From: Actinomycetota bacterium
GTDB taxonomy: Bacteria > Actinomycetota > Thermoleophilia > Solirubrobacterales > 70-9
Reading direction: 5' to 3'
DNA: 64,000 nucleotides
Assembly (NCBI GenBank): GCA_046733335.1
Contig: JBKPOX010000084.1
Location: 6,911 to 70,910 of the forward strand
Below the pieces are notes generated by a model, which saw nothing but the letters and a program-made list of their open reading frames with translations, had not been told where the DNA came from and did not search any database. Positions 45,078 through 53,704 of the stretch are shown here, piece after piece. The position numbers were made by a program, and so were the translations under genes. Each line of letters starts with the position of its first letter. The stretch's first letter is position 1.

Positions 45078-45823
45078 GGCGCACCTCCGGTGATGGCCGC
45101 GGCCGGGGTGGCGGTTTCGAGCGCGGCGGTCGCCGAGGGAGCTTCAGTGCTTTCGCCCGGCGGGGTGATGAAGGTGGTGATCGAGAAGGTTCCTTCCAGC
45201 TGTGGGAAGCTGCCGCCGGCCATCGCCCCCAGCGTGAAGCCGTTGACCGTGATCAGGCGGCCGTTGACGTCGACCCCGGCGTTGGTGGACCTGACGAATG
45301 CGTCGAGGCCCTCGATGAAGTTGGCGATGCGGTGGAAGTCGCCGGTGAACTTGACGGTGTAGGGCATCACCCCAAGGCCTGCCGGTCCGACCGTCGCCCC
45401 CAGCGGCAGCAGCGAGGCCGCGACCTCGGTCGGCGGCGCCGGTTCTTCCGGGTTGGCCGGGGAGGCCGCTGCCGCGGGCACTTCCCCTTCGCCTTCGGCG
45501 CCGAGCTCGATTTCCTGGAAGCGGACCCCGGCCCTATCGGCGATTGCCTTCAGCTGCACAAGCAGCGAGGCGGTTTCGTCGTCCCGCGGCACCGCCTTGC
45601 CGAGCACCACCATCTCCCGGTAGTTCTCGGCGAAGCGCGACTTCGCCTCGAGCGCGGCTTCGACTTCCCGCTCGTGCACAGCCAGGCTGCTCCTGGCTTC
45701 GTCGACTCTAACCTGGAGTTTGCTCGCTTCCTCCCGTTTGGGGGCGAGCACCAGCGTCCAGAAGCCGAAGGCGACGGCGGCGGTGACCAGCATCGCGATG
45801 ACCATTTGGTTCGTGCGCGACAT
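45074..45823 (-). CDS. pilO: PilO-like type IV pilus assembly protein
   Basis: TM helix (MVIAMLVTAAVAFGFWTLVL), then a coiled-coil, then a C-terminal ferredoxin-like part (YTVKFTGDFHRIANFIEGLD). Sits directly after pilN. Confidence 0.7.
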   Translation of the reverse strand: MSRTNQMVIAMLVTAAVAFGFWTLVLAPKREEASKLQVRVDEARSSLAVHEREVEAALEAKSRFAENYREMVVLGKAVPRDDETASLLVQLKAIADRAGVRFQEIELGAEGEGEVPAAAASPANPEEPAPPTEVAASLLPLGATVGPAGLGVMPYTVKFTGDFHRIANFIEGLDAFVRSTNAGVDVNGRLITVNGFTLGAMAGGSFPQLEGTFSITTFITPPGESTEAPSATAALETATPAAAITGGAP

Positions 45824-45824
45824 C

Positions 45825-46586
45825 TCAGCCTTCGTCCGTTTCGGTCGCGGGTTCTTCGGCGGTTTCCGTCGCTTCCGGCGCCGCGGTCGCCACGGCGACT
45901 TCCCCTTCGGTCGCCGGGACGGGTGCGGCGTCGAAGGCGACGACGATGCTGAATTCGGCGATGAAGTTGCGGGTGCGGCAGTTGGTGCCCCCGGCGCCGC
46001 CTTCCCCCGTCCCGGCGGCGGTGCCGATCGGCGGCAGCGCCGAGGATTCGACCCCGACCCTGGTGACCCCGTCCATATCCTTGAGCGCGCCGACGAAGCC
46101 GGCGACGCCGGCCTGACCGGTCGCGCAGCCGCTCATCTCCAGGGCGGGTCCGGCGACCGCCTGGCGCAGGCTCCCGGCGCCTTCGCCGCCGCCGCTCGAC
46201 GAGGACGCCGGAGAGGCGCTGGCAGTGAGCGAGGTGAGCCAGACGTCGCCCGGCAGGACGAGCGAGAGTTCGCGCATGACCCGCTCCCAGTCGAAGCGAC
46301 TGTCCGCCAGGCTCTTCACAGTCACCGCCCGCTGTTCGCTCAGCAGCTGGTACTGGGTGTAGGCAGAGAGGCGCTGCGCCCTGGCGGTCGCCGCCGCGTC
46401 TTCGCGCTTCACCTGGGCCAGCTCCGACTTGCGGTCGGCGATCTGGTTCCCGGTCAGCACGACCATCGTCACGCCGGCCAGCAGCGCGACGAGCGCCCCG
46501 AGGACGATGTAGGCGATCGGGCCGGTGCGTAGCGGTGCGCTCTGGCCGCGCCGCTCCTCCGCCGGGATCAGGTTGACCGGGCGCAT
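45825..46586 (-). CDS. pilN: PilN-like type IV pilus assembly protein
   Basis: MRPVNLIPAEERR (the conserved INLLP-type N-terminus), a TM helix, and a coiled-coil. Confidence 0.8.
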   Translation of the reverse strand: MRPVNLIPAEERRGQSAPLRTGPIAYIVLGALVALLAGVTMVVLTGNQIADRKSELAQVKREDAAATARAQRLSAYTQYQLLSEQRAVTVKSLADSRFDWERVMRELSLVLPGDVWLTSLTASASPASSSSGGGEGAGSLRQAVAGPALEMSGCATGQAGVAGFVGALKDMDGVTRVGVESSALPPIGTAAGTGEGGAGGTNCRTRNFIAEFSIVVAFDAAPVPATEGEVAVATAAPEATETAEEPATETDEG

Positions 46587-47810
46587 CTATGCCTCCAGCG
46601 CCAAGCCGTAGGGAAGGGTCAGTCGCGCCGCGGTGGCGGTGTCCACAGCGCCGAGCGCGGGGGGCAGCGCTTGGGCGATCGGCAGCCCGATCCCAGCTTC
46701 CATCTGCGCGGCGATGCCCTGGATGGCGCTGCCGGGCCCGCAGAGGACGACGTTCTCGATCGGCACCGCGCCCTCCTGGGCGCCGTAGTAGTCGAGCGAG
46801 AGCCGCAGCTCGTCGACCAGCGCGGTGACGCCGGACTCGAGCGCAGCCCGGGCCTCGCCGACGATCCCGGGGTCCCCCTCGATCTGCTCGAGCGGAGTCT
46901 CGAGACCGACGTGGGACAGCCACATCGTCGCGTGTTCGGCGGTGAGCCCGCGCCCGACCGCTAGGCGGTCGACGATCGCCCCGAGGCCGGCGTGCGAGGC
47001 CCGGGTGAAGAGACAGGAGCGGCCGCGGGCGACCGCGAGGTTCATGATGTCTCCGATGCTGCAGTAGAGGGTGGCGCTGGTCGGCCGCTGCAGCTCGCCC
47101 TCAGGCGCCTGCACCGTCGGGGCCATGTCCGCCAGGGCTCGGATCATCCCGAAGGCGGAGAGATCGACGCCGACCGGTTCGACCCCTGCCCGGCGCAGGG
47201 GCTGCAGGAAGGCGGCGATCATGTCGCGGCGGGCGGCGATCAGGACGACGTCGATCTGAGGCGGCGCGCCCTCCTCGGCCGGAACCCCGCCGACGACCTG
47301 GTACTCGAGCACCGCGTGTTCGAGCGGCATCGGCATCTGCTCCTGGGCCTGGAAGCGGACGGCCGCATCCAGCTCCTTCCGATCCTCGATCGCCGGCAGC
47401 CGCACGGTCCTCACCACGACCGCCTGGTTGCCGATCCCGAGGCGGACCTGCTTGCCGAGCTTGTGCTCGGAGAAGAACGACCGCAGCGCCTGGCCCAGCG
47501 CCTCGCCGTTGACGACCTCGCCCTCGTGGAACACGCCGGGCGGCAGGGGGCCGACGGCGGCGTTGCCGAGCTGGGCGGTGCCGCTGCCGCGGAGTTCGAC
47601 CGCGCCGACGCTGCCGGCCTCGATCTCGACCCCGACCACGGCCCCCGCCTGGCTCTTGCGGGTCAGCGAGAAGCCCCGCGGGAGCTGCATGCCGCGGAGC
47701 TGGATCTTGGGTAGTTGGATGTCCTTGGTCAGTTGCATCGTCATCGGGGCCGCTTGCGCCGCTCGCCTCTCCATCGACACGTGAGCCGGAAAACTTTTGC
47801 CCTGCAGCAC
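46587..47810 (-). CDS. pilM: type IV pilus assembly ATPase-fold protein PilM
   Basis: Actin-like fold pattern: VGVEIEAGSVGAVEL ... LGIGNQAVVVRTVRLP ... VGVDLSAFGMIRAL ... VLCGPGSAIQGI. Start could be any of several in-frame codons between 47810 and about 47690. Confidence 0.85.
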   Translation of the reverse strand: MLQGKSFPAHVSMERRAAQAAPMTMQLTKDIQLPKIQLRGMQLPRGFSLTRKSQAGAVVGVEIEAGSVGAVELRGSGTAQLGNAAVGPLPPGVFHEGEVVNGEALGQALRSFFSEHKLGKQVRLGIGNQAVVVRTVRLPAIEDRKELDAAVRFQAQEQMPMPLEHAVLEYQVVGGVPAEEGAPPQIDVVLIAARRDMIAAFLQPLRRAGVEPVGVDLSAFGMIRALADMAPTVQAPEGELQRPTSATLYCSIGDIMNLAVARGRSCLFTRASHAGLGAIVDRLAVGRGLTAEHATMWLSHVGLETPLEQIEGDPGIVGEARAALESGVTALVDELRLSLDYYGAQEGAVPIENVVLCGPGSAIQGIAAQMEAGIGLPIAQALPPALGAVDTATAARLTLPYGLALEA

Positions 47811-47816
47811 CGCGAT

Positions 47817-48572
47817 CTAGGTGAACGCCTGGAGGTACCAGTCGACGATCTGATCTCCCGCCAGCAGGCCGACCACTCCACCCAGGGCGAGGAAGGGTCC
47901 GAAGGGGATCGCCCGCTTGCGCGCGGCGGCGCCGTGGCGGGCGATGATCCCGAGCCCGACGAGCGAGCCGGCGAGGAGCGCCACCAGCAGCGCCGGGGCG
48001 ACGTCGCGGCCGAGGAAGAGGCCCATCACCGCCGCCAGCTTGACGTCGCCCAGGCCCATTCCCCGCGGGTAGGCGAGCGCCGCCGCGAAGAGGAGGCCGC
48101 CGGCGCCGAGGGCGGCGGCCAGGCGCTCCGGCAGGCTCGCGGGGTCCCCCATGGCGGCGATCCCCAGGCCCAGCACCGCCCCCGCCAGCAAGACCCTGTT
48201 GGGGATGATCCGCCGCTCGAGATCGGTCACCGTGACCGTGACCAGGGTGCTGACGAAGACGAGCCCGAGGGCGATCTCGGTCGGATCGCCCCAGAGAACC
48301 GCCACCGTCAGCACGTAGAGGAGCGCCAGGGCGACCTCGGTCAGCGGGTAGCGGGCCGAGATGCGGCTCTCGCAGCAGCGGCTGCGCCCCCGCAGCAGCA
48401 CCCAGGAGAGAACCGGGACGTTGTCGTAGGCGGCGATGCCGGTGCCGCAGCCCGGGCAGCGCGAGCGTGGGGCGACGACCGATTCGCCGCGCGGCACCCG
48501 GTGGGCGACGACGGTGAGGAAGCTGCCGAAGGCCAGCCCCCAGAGGAAGATGACGAGCAGCGCGGGGGCCAT
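47817..48572 (-). CDS. pilD: prepilin peptidase (A24 family)
   Basis: CPGCG...CC Zn-site region, MGLGDVKLAAVMG and IPFGPFLALG (the two catalytic Asp regions). ATG 48572; the track ORF to 49001 is over-extended. Confidence 0.9.
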   Translation of the reverse strand: MAPALLVIFLWGLAFGSFLTVVAHRVPRGESVVAPRSRCPGCGTGIAAYDNVPVLSWVLLRGRSRCCESRISARYPLTEVALALLYVLTVAVLWGDPTEIALGLVFVSTLVTVTVTDLERRIIPNRVLLAGAVLGLGIAAMGDPASLPERLAAALGAGGLLFAAALAYPRGMGLGDVKLAAVMGLFLGRDVAPALLVALLAGSLVGLGIIARHGAAARKRAIPFGPFLALGGVVGLLAGDQIVDWYLQAFT

Positions 48573-48574
48573 TC

Positions 48575-49945
48575 TCAGTTGCCGCTTACCGGGGTCGGGG
48601 TTTCGACCTCGATCCGGGCCCGGAAGCTCGGGTGGTCGTACATCAGCGAGACCGCGTCGCCGCCGGTTTTGCCGTCGACGCTGAGCGCCAGCCCGAGGCG
48701 GTGGCCTTCGAGCACGGTGTGGGGACCGTTGAAGAGCATTGGCACCTGCAGCTCGAACCATTCCCGCGGCCACTGGTTGGTGCTGGGGCTCCAGCGCCAG
48801 CCGGCGACCCCGGTCTGCTTGTTCAGCAGGTAGGCGTCGCTGTATTTGGCGCCTTCTTCGGTGCGGTCGAAGAGGTACACGCAGAGGGCCCCGGTGTAGC
48901 CCGTTTCGTTGATCGCCCGCGTCTTGATCACCAGCGTCACCCGTTCGCTCATCACCAGGTCGGCGGCAAGGGGATCGGTCACCCAGCGGTGGACCTGCCA
49001 CTGCGGCACGGCGGTGCCGGTGGGGACGTTGTGGCAGCCGGAGCTGTCGTCGCGGCGCAGCTGGATTCCCTTCGCCGCGGGGCTGATCACCTGCAGGGGG
49101 TAATCGGTCGAGTAGCTGTATTCGAGCGGCTGGGTCGGGTCGGCCGGGGTCGCGTCGGGGGGGGAGCCGAGGACGAGGGCGTCGGGCGCGGTGCCGTCGG
49201 TGGAGGCGCAGGTCCCGAGCGTGTTGTGCAGGGTGTGGCTGGCGGCGATGTCTTCCCGGAGGGCCGTCCCACCGGCTACGCAGCGGGTGTCGGAGAGGAA
49301 GAACTGCTGCGCGGTCGTGACGCCGTTGCCGCCCGGGATCGGGTCGTTTTTGGCGCTGTCTTTCGGGTTGATGAAGGTCGACTGGACTTCGACGTAGCCC
49401 TGCTCGGAGGCCTGGTTCGCCGCCTTGTCGAGCCGCACCGCAATCACCGCCTGTTTGTAGTCCTGCGGTCCGGGACAGGTCGTTTCCGGGCAGCTGGCGT
49501 CGTTGCGCCAGACGATGTACCGGTAGATCTTCCCGCTCACGTTGCCGCTGGTGAAGCTGGTCGGCCCAGGATCGACCGTGCCCGTGGTGATCGGGCCGGC
49601 ACCGTAGAGGCTGCCGGTGTTGTAGACCAGTTCGGGGTGCAACCCGACCAGGTCCCGGTCAAGGTAGAAGGTGCCGTTGCTGACGCGGTAGTTCGGGCTC
49701 TTCGGATTCGTCTCGTGGCCGGGGTTCGAGGTCAGCGCCAGCTGTTCGTCGGAGAGGCCGCGGAGCACCTCCAGCTCCTGCTGGGCGCGGTTGAGGGCGA
49801 CCTGGGTGGCCTTGGCTCGCTGGTTGTTCAGCGTCGCCGCCCGCAGCAGGCCGAAGGCGGTCAGGGAGCCGACCACCATGATCATCGCCGCGATCAGGAC
49901 CTCCACGAGCGTGAACCCCTCCTCTTTGCGCATCCGCTTCTCCAT
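48575..49945 (-). CDS. large minor pilin / pseudopilin (PilV-like N-terminus, ~400-aa C-terminal domain)
   Basis: MEKRMRKEEG-FTLVEVLIAAMIMVVGSL is a prepilin cleavage/methylation motif with E5. The ATG shares 1 nt with the upstream stop (TGATG). Confidence 0.8.
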   Translation of the reverse strand: MEKRMRKEEGFTLVEVLIAAMIMVVGSLTAFGLLRAATLNNQRAKATQVALNRAQQELEVLRGLSDEQLALTSNPGHETNPKSPNYRVSNGTFYLDRDLVGLHPELVYNTGSLYGAGPITTGTVDPGPTSFTSGNVSGKIYRYIVWRNDASCPETTCPGPQDYKQAVIAVRLDKAANQASEQGYVEVQSTFINPKDSAKNDPIPGGNGVTTAQQFFLSDTRCVAGGTALREDIAASHTLHNTLGTCASTDGTAPDALVLGSPPDATPADPTQPLEYSYSTDYPLQVISPAAKGIQLRRDDSSGCHNVPTGTAVPQWQVHRWVTDPLAADLVMSERVTLVIKTRAINETGYTGALCVYLFDRTEEGAKYSDAYLLNKQTGVAGWRWSPSTNQWPREWFELQVPMLFNGPHTVLEGHRLGLALSVDGKTGGDAVSLMYDHPSFRARIEVETPTPVSGN

Positions 49946-50511
49946 CAGTTGGCGAGGGTCGCGTTGCGAAGGCTGGCGCCGTCGGAGACGGTCGTGGTGT
50001 CGGAGCCGCCGCCGGCGCTGGGGATGACCAGCGTCACCTTGACGTAGCTCGCGGAGGGATAAGAGAATTCGGTCGCCGCTCCCAGGCCGCTGACCATCTT
50101 CACCGGAGTGCCTCCGGTCAGGACGCCGGGCATGGTCTCGGTCCGGCTGCAGGTGCCGCTCGCGCACGTGTAGCGAACCTGGCATTTGATCGAGGGCGAG
50201 GTCGGGGCGAGCGCCGTGCCCGAACCGCATGCGCTGCTGCGAACATAGGTTTCGAAGCTGACCGTGGTCGCTTTCGGTTCGGCGACCGAGATCCCGTTGC
50301 GGAGCTCACGGGTCATCCGCTCCAGCGCCCAGCGGGCGGTCTGGATGTTGCCGGCGCTCTCGCTCAGGTTCGGCTGCGCGCGCACGGCCCCGATCAGCAC
50401 CGTCACCACACCGGCCATCAGCACGATCCCGATCGCGGCGGCGACGAGGAGCTCGATCAGGGTCATGCCCGCCTCCCCGTCCCCCAGCCGCCGGCGCACC
50501 GCGGCGACCAT
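49945..50511 (-). CDS. minor pilin / pseudopilin
   Basis: [34 protein letters not shown] is a prepilin-type N-terminus. The ATG shares 1 nt with the upstream stop (TGATG). Confidence 0.8.
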   Translation of the reverse strand: MVAAVRRRLGDGEAGMTLIELLVAAAIGIVLMAGVVTVLIGAVRAQPNLSESAGNIQTARWALERMTRELRNGISVAEPKATTVSFETYVRSSACGSGTALAPTSPSIKCQVRYTCASGTCSRTETMPGVLTGGTPVKMVSGLGAATEFSYPSASYVKVTLVIPSAGGGSDTTTVSDGASLRNATLAN

Positions 50512-52922
50512 CAGCTCACCACCCTGAAACGGCGGGACGCCGGGCGGAGCTCGCGCAGGCCGGAGTTCGACCCTTTGACGCTGAAGGCGTGCTTGCCGGG
50601 CGTGAGCCGCCTCGAGCGGAAGGGGGAGGAGCATCCTCGCCAGCGCCCGGAGTCGACCCGGCACTCGAATTCGGTCCCGCTTTGGCCGGTCGAGTCGTCG
50701 AACCGGAACACGGGGCGGCGCGCCCTGGTCCTGCTGGCGGGGCCGAAGGTAATCCGCGTCAGCGGCACGACCGGCTGGGCGTTGCCGATGCCGCCGCCGC
50801 TCGCCGGCTTCGACGGAGCGGTCGTGCCGCCGCCGCTGGCGGTGGTCGAGCTGCTGCCGGTACCCGGGCTGCTGCCGGTTCCGCCCGAGGACCCACCGTC
50901 GCCGGGGCCTTCCACCGGGGGTTCTGCAGGTGCATCGGCCTGCTGGTATTTCAGGCCAGCCGCCGAGCAGCCCGAGGTGTCGCCGTTGGCGTCGGTGGCG
51001 GTGGCGCGGAAGAACGTCGTCGACCCCGGATCGACGACGACGCGGATCCCGTTCCCGACCAGTTCGGCCGCGGTCCCGACGCCGCTCCTGACCGGCGCTC
51101 CCGAGCAGTCCGGGGACGAGTAGATCTTGATCGAGGTGCCCGGGTCGCTTTGGCCCATCACCCGCGGTTCGAGCGATGGGTTCGGCGAGCCGGGGGAGGT
51201 GGCGGTGAGGATCGGGGTCGAAGGGCCGAGCTCGACCGAGTTGCCGGTGGAGATCAGCCGCGTCTTGCCGGCGGCGCGCTCGTAGACGTCTATCTCGGAG
51301 TCGACGTCCTCGCTGCTGAGGCGCTCCGCGGTGGAGAAGACGAGGTGGCTGCCGTCAGTGGAGACGTCCTCGAAGCTGGAGTCGCAACCTTCTTCGCCGG
51401 GCAGGGGACAGACCCCGGTCGGGGTTCCGAGCAGCGTGTTCGGCGTCCCGCCCAGTTCGCGCAGGTAGACGTCGACCGCCGAGTCTTCGTCGCCTGCCGC
51501 CAGCGGTTCCGCGCTTGAGAAAAAGACCCTGGTGGCGTCCGCCGCGAGCGCTGCGAATCTGGCCTCGGCATTCTCGCCTCCGCAGCCCGGGCAGCCGCTC
51601 GCCGGCGCCGAGATCAGGGTCGTGGCCGCGGTCTCGAGGTCGCGGCTGTAGATGTCGAGAGCGCTGTCGCCGTCGCTCAGGTCGAGCTGCTCGGACGTCT
51701 GGAAGAAGACGTGCTCGCCGTCGCCCGACGCCGCCCGGAATTCCGGGTTGCAGGTGGAGATCGGGCAGGTCCCGCTCGGCGAGACCAGAACCGTCGTCCC
51801 CCCGGCGAGGTCGCGCTCGTACACGTCGGTCGCGGTGTCGCCGTCGTCGCCGGCGAGTGCTTCTCCGGTCTGGAAGATCACCCTGTCGCCGTCGCTGGAG
51901 GCAGCCGAGAAAGTCGCCGGCTTCAGCTGGTTGACGCAGGCGCCGCAGGAGGGATCTGGGCGGGAGACGAGGGCGACACCGCTCGAGGACCAGGCGTACA
52001 GGTCGGAGATCTGATCGCCGTCGCCGGCGTCGATCGGCTGCGTCGTCTGGAAGAAGACCGAACCGCCGCTCGGGGTGGTGCCGCGGAAGACGGCGTCGCA
52101 CTCGAGCCCGACCGGGCAGGCGCCGCTCGGCGTGACGAGGCTGGTGGCGGAGGTGGACAGGTCCCTGCGGTAGACGTCCTGGAACTGGTCGCCGTCGCTG
52201 GCGGCGAGCGACTCGCTGGTGGTGAAGTAGACGACGTCGCCGTCCTCGGAGGAGCCCTCGAAGACCGAGGGAGCCGTGCCGTCTCCGCAGCTACCGACGC
52301 AGCCGGGGGCGGCTTGGGAAACGAGGTGGGTCTTCGCGGGCGCCGCGAGGTCGCGGGCGTAGACGTCGAAGCCGCTGTCGTCGTCTTCCGCGTCGAGGGG
52401 CTCGTTCGTGGAGAAGAAGAGGACGCTGCCGTCCGCGGCGGCGCCGAGGAAGGTCGAGCCGGCGGCTTCGGAGTTGCCGCAGGTCCCGCTGCAGGTTTCG
52501 GTCGCCACCGAGACGAGGCTGGTGGCGCCATTGGCCAGATCGCGCAGGTAGACGTCGTCGCGTTTGTCTTTGTCGGCGGCGACCAGCGACTCTTCCGTGG
52601 AGAAGAACGCCCTCTCGCCGTCGGAGCTGTTGCCCTCGAAGAGCGCGCTGAAGGCGTCGTTGCCGCCGGTCGGTCCGGTGGAGACCTGACGGGTGACGTA
52701 GGTCCCCCCCTCGACGTTCGGGTCGAAGGAGCGCTCGTAGATGTCGGGCTGGCCGTCGGTGTCGCCCAGGACCAGGCGCTCGTCGGTTTCGAAGAAGACG
52801 ACGCTGCCGTCGGCCGCAGATCCTTTGTAGGTCGCCGGCGCGGCGAGAGCCGCTGCCGGGAGGAGCAGCAGGGTCAAGAGCAGCAGGCCCGCCGCGGTGG
52901 TTCCCAGTTTCGCTCGATGCAT
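50511..52922 (-). CDS. secreted 9-repeat Cys-rich propeller-like (PD40/TolB-like) protein with two C-terminal Ig-like domains
   Basis: Signal peptide MHRAKLGTTAAGLLLLTLLLLPAAALAAP. Nine ~57-63-aa repeats with consensus F.G.S.DG..VFF.T.E.L...D.D...DVY.RDL....T.LVS....C..(2-6)C. Then a PDCSG...ATDANGDTSGCS Ig-like domain, a Gly/Ser linker, and an FECRVDSGRWRGCSSPF...GKHAFSV Ig-like domain. Confidence 0.8.
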   Translation of the reverse strand: MHRAKLGTTAAGLLLLTLLLLPAAALAAPATYKGSAADGSVVFFETDERLVLGDTDGQPDIYERSFDPNVEGGTYVTRQVSTGPTGGNDAFSALFEGNSSDGERAFFSTEESLVAADKDKRDDVYLRDLANGATSLVSVATETCSGTCGNSEAAGSTFLGAAADGSVLFFSTNEPLDAEDDDSGFDVYARDLAAPAKTHLVSQAAPGCVGSCGDGTAPSVFEGSSEDGDVVYFTTSESLAASDGDQFQDVYRRDLSTSATSLVTPSGACPVGLECDAVFRGTTPSGGSVFFQTTQPIDAGDGDQISDLYAWSSSGVALVSRPDPSCGACVNQLKPATFSAASSDGDRVIFQTGEALAGDDGDTATDVYERDLAGGTTVLVSPSGTCPISTCNPEFRAASGDGEHVFFQTSEQLDLSDGDSALDIYSRDLETAATTLISAPASGCPGCGGENAEARFAALAADATRVFFSSAEPLAAGDEDSAVDVYLRELGGTPNTLLGTPTGVCPLPGEEGCDSSFEDVSTDGSHLVFSTAERLSSEDVDSEIDVYERAAGKTRLISTGNSVELGPSTPILTATSPGSPNPSLEPRVMGQSDPGTSIKIYSSPDCSGAPVRSGVGTAAELVGNGIRVVVDPGSTTFFRATATDANGDTSGCSAAGLKYQQADAPAEPPVEGPGDGGSSGGTGSSPGTGSSSTTASGGGTTAPSKPASGGGIGNAQPVVPLTRITFGPASRTRARRPVFRFDDSTGQSGTEFECRVDSGRWRGCSSPFRSRRLTPGKHAFSVKGSNSGLRELRPASRRFRVVS

Positions 52923-52982
52923 GAGTTCTCTCTCTATCGGCGCGATCCGGTCATCCGTTTAGTCCTCCGGTTGCGAGGAAAC

Positions 52983-53015
52983 GTCGAAGGGCGGGCCATC
53001 GGCCCGCCCTTCGAC
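52983..53015 (-). terminator. 15-bp perfect GC hairpin right after pilA (terminator/attenuator candidate)
   Basis: GTCGAAGGGCGGGCC (52983-52997) is the exact reverse complement of 53001-53015. It begins 41 nt after the pilA stop. On the minus strand it is followed by GUUUCCU. Confidence 0.5.
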
Positions 53016-53055
53016 AACCTCAGGCTTGCCGGAGAATCCCGGCTAAGCGTCGGGG

Positions 53056-53532
53056 CTATTGACTCCAGTCACCCGGAGACGGGGACGGGCAGCCGCCGCT
53101 TCCGGGGTTGCTGCAGGAATAGACCAGCGACCCATCGGCGTTGCGGACCAGGGTGAAGACGGTGGCTTTACCACCCGTCGCCTGGTTCGAGATCGTGTAA
53201 CCCCCGTCCGGGGTGTCCGGGGTGATGGTGTAGCCGCCGCCGGTGGTCGGGATCGTCGGCTCGACCGTGTGCAGCACCGACTGGATGCAGCTGTCGTACA
53301 CGTTGCCGTGTTCGGTGGCGCACGTCTCCATCGCGACCTGGGCGGTGTGGACGTTCTCCTTGGCCTTCGCGTCGCCTGCCTTTTCCTTCTGGTTGAAGAA
53401 GGCGGGCAGCGCAATAGCGGCCAGGATGCCGAGGATGAGCATGACGACGAGAAGCTCGATCAGGGTGAACCCCGCCTCGCTATCGCCGTTGAGCCGGGCG
53501 CCAACCTTGGCCCGGAGATTCTGGAGAAACAT
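53056..53532 (-). CDS. pilA: major type IV pilin
   Basis: MFLQNLRAKVGARLNGDSEAG-FTLIELLVVMLILGILAAIALPAF is a class III signal peptide with E5. 158 aa with a C-terminal Cys pair. AGGAGG lies 8 nt before the ATG. Confidence 0.9.
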   Translation of the reverse strand: MFLQNLRAKVGARLNGDSEAGFTLIELLVVMLILGILAAIALPAFFNQKEKAGDAKAKENVHTAQVAMETCATEHGNVYDSCIQSVLHTVEPTIPTTGGGYTITPDTPDGGYTISNQATGGKATVFTLVRNADGSLVYSCSNPGSGGCPSPSPGDWSQ

Positions 53533-53602
53533 TAGAGACCTCCTATGGTCCTAATCGTTTGCGCCAGAGCCCCGTCGCGTGAAGCCACGTGGTGTCTGTC
53601 GA

Positions 53603-53690
53603 CCCCGGTGGTAGCCCGGCTGACTCCCCCGAGGGAGTCCCGTCGGCTTTGCGCCCCCGCCTCGCAGCGAGTTTGCCTTTTGCACCGAGG
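53603..53690 (-). promoter_or_regulatory. c-di-GMP-I (GEMM-I)-like riboswitch candidate in the pilA 5' leader
   Basis: Minus-strand RNA: CCUCGGUG-CAAAAGGCAAAC-UCGCUGCGAGGCGGG-GGCGCAAAGCC-GACGG-GACUCCC-UCGG-GGGAGUC-AGCCGGGCUAC-CACCGGGG. It has an 8-bp closing stem (one G-U pair) and an internal 7-bp hairpin. The blocks GGCAAAC and (G/A)CGCAAAGCC are the most conserved GEMM-I blocks as I recall them from Vc2 (GGGCAAACC...GGGACGCAAAGCC). Confidence 0.5.
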
Positions 53691-53704
53691 CACTGGCAGA
53701 TTCA

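Noticed and set aside
53659-53680. Sigma-54-like -24/-12 element (aGGCAA-N5-cTGCg on the minus strand) upstream of pilA.
   Set aside because: The GGCAA is the same GGCAAAC block that fits the riboswitch model better. The -12 TGC context is poor, and I have no evidence that this organism has RpoN. Treated as part of the structured leader instead.
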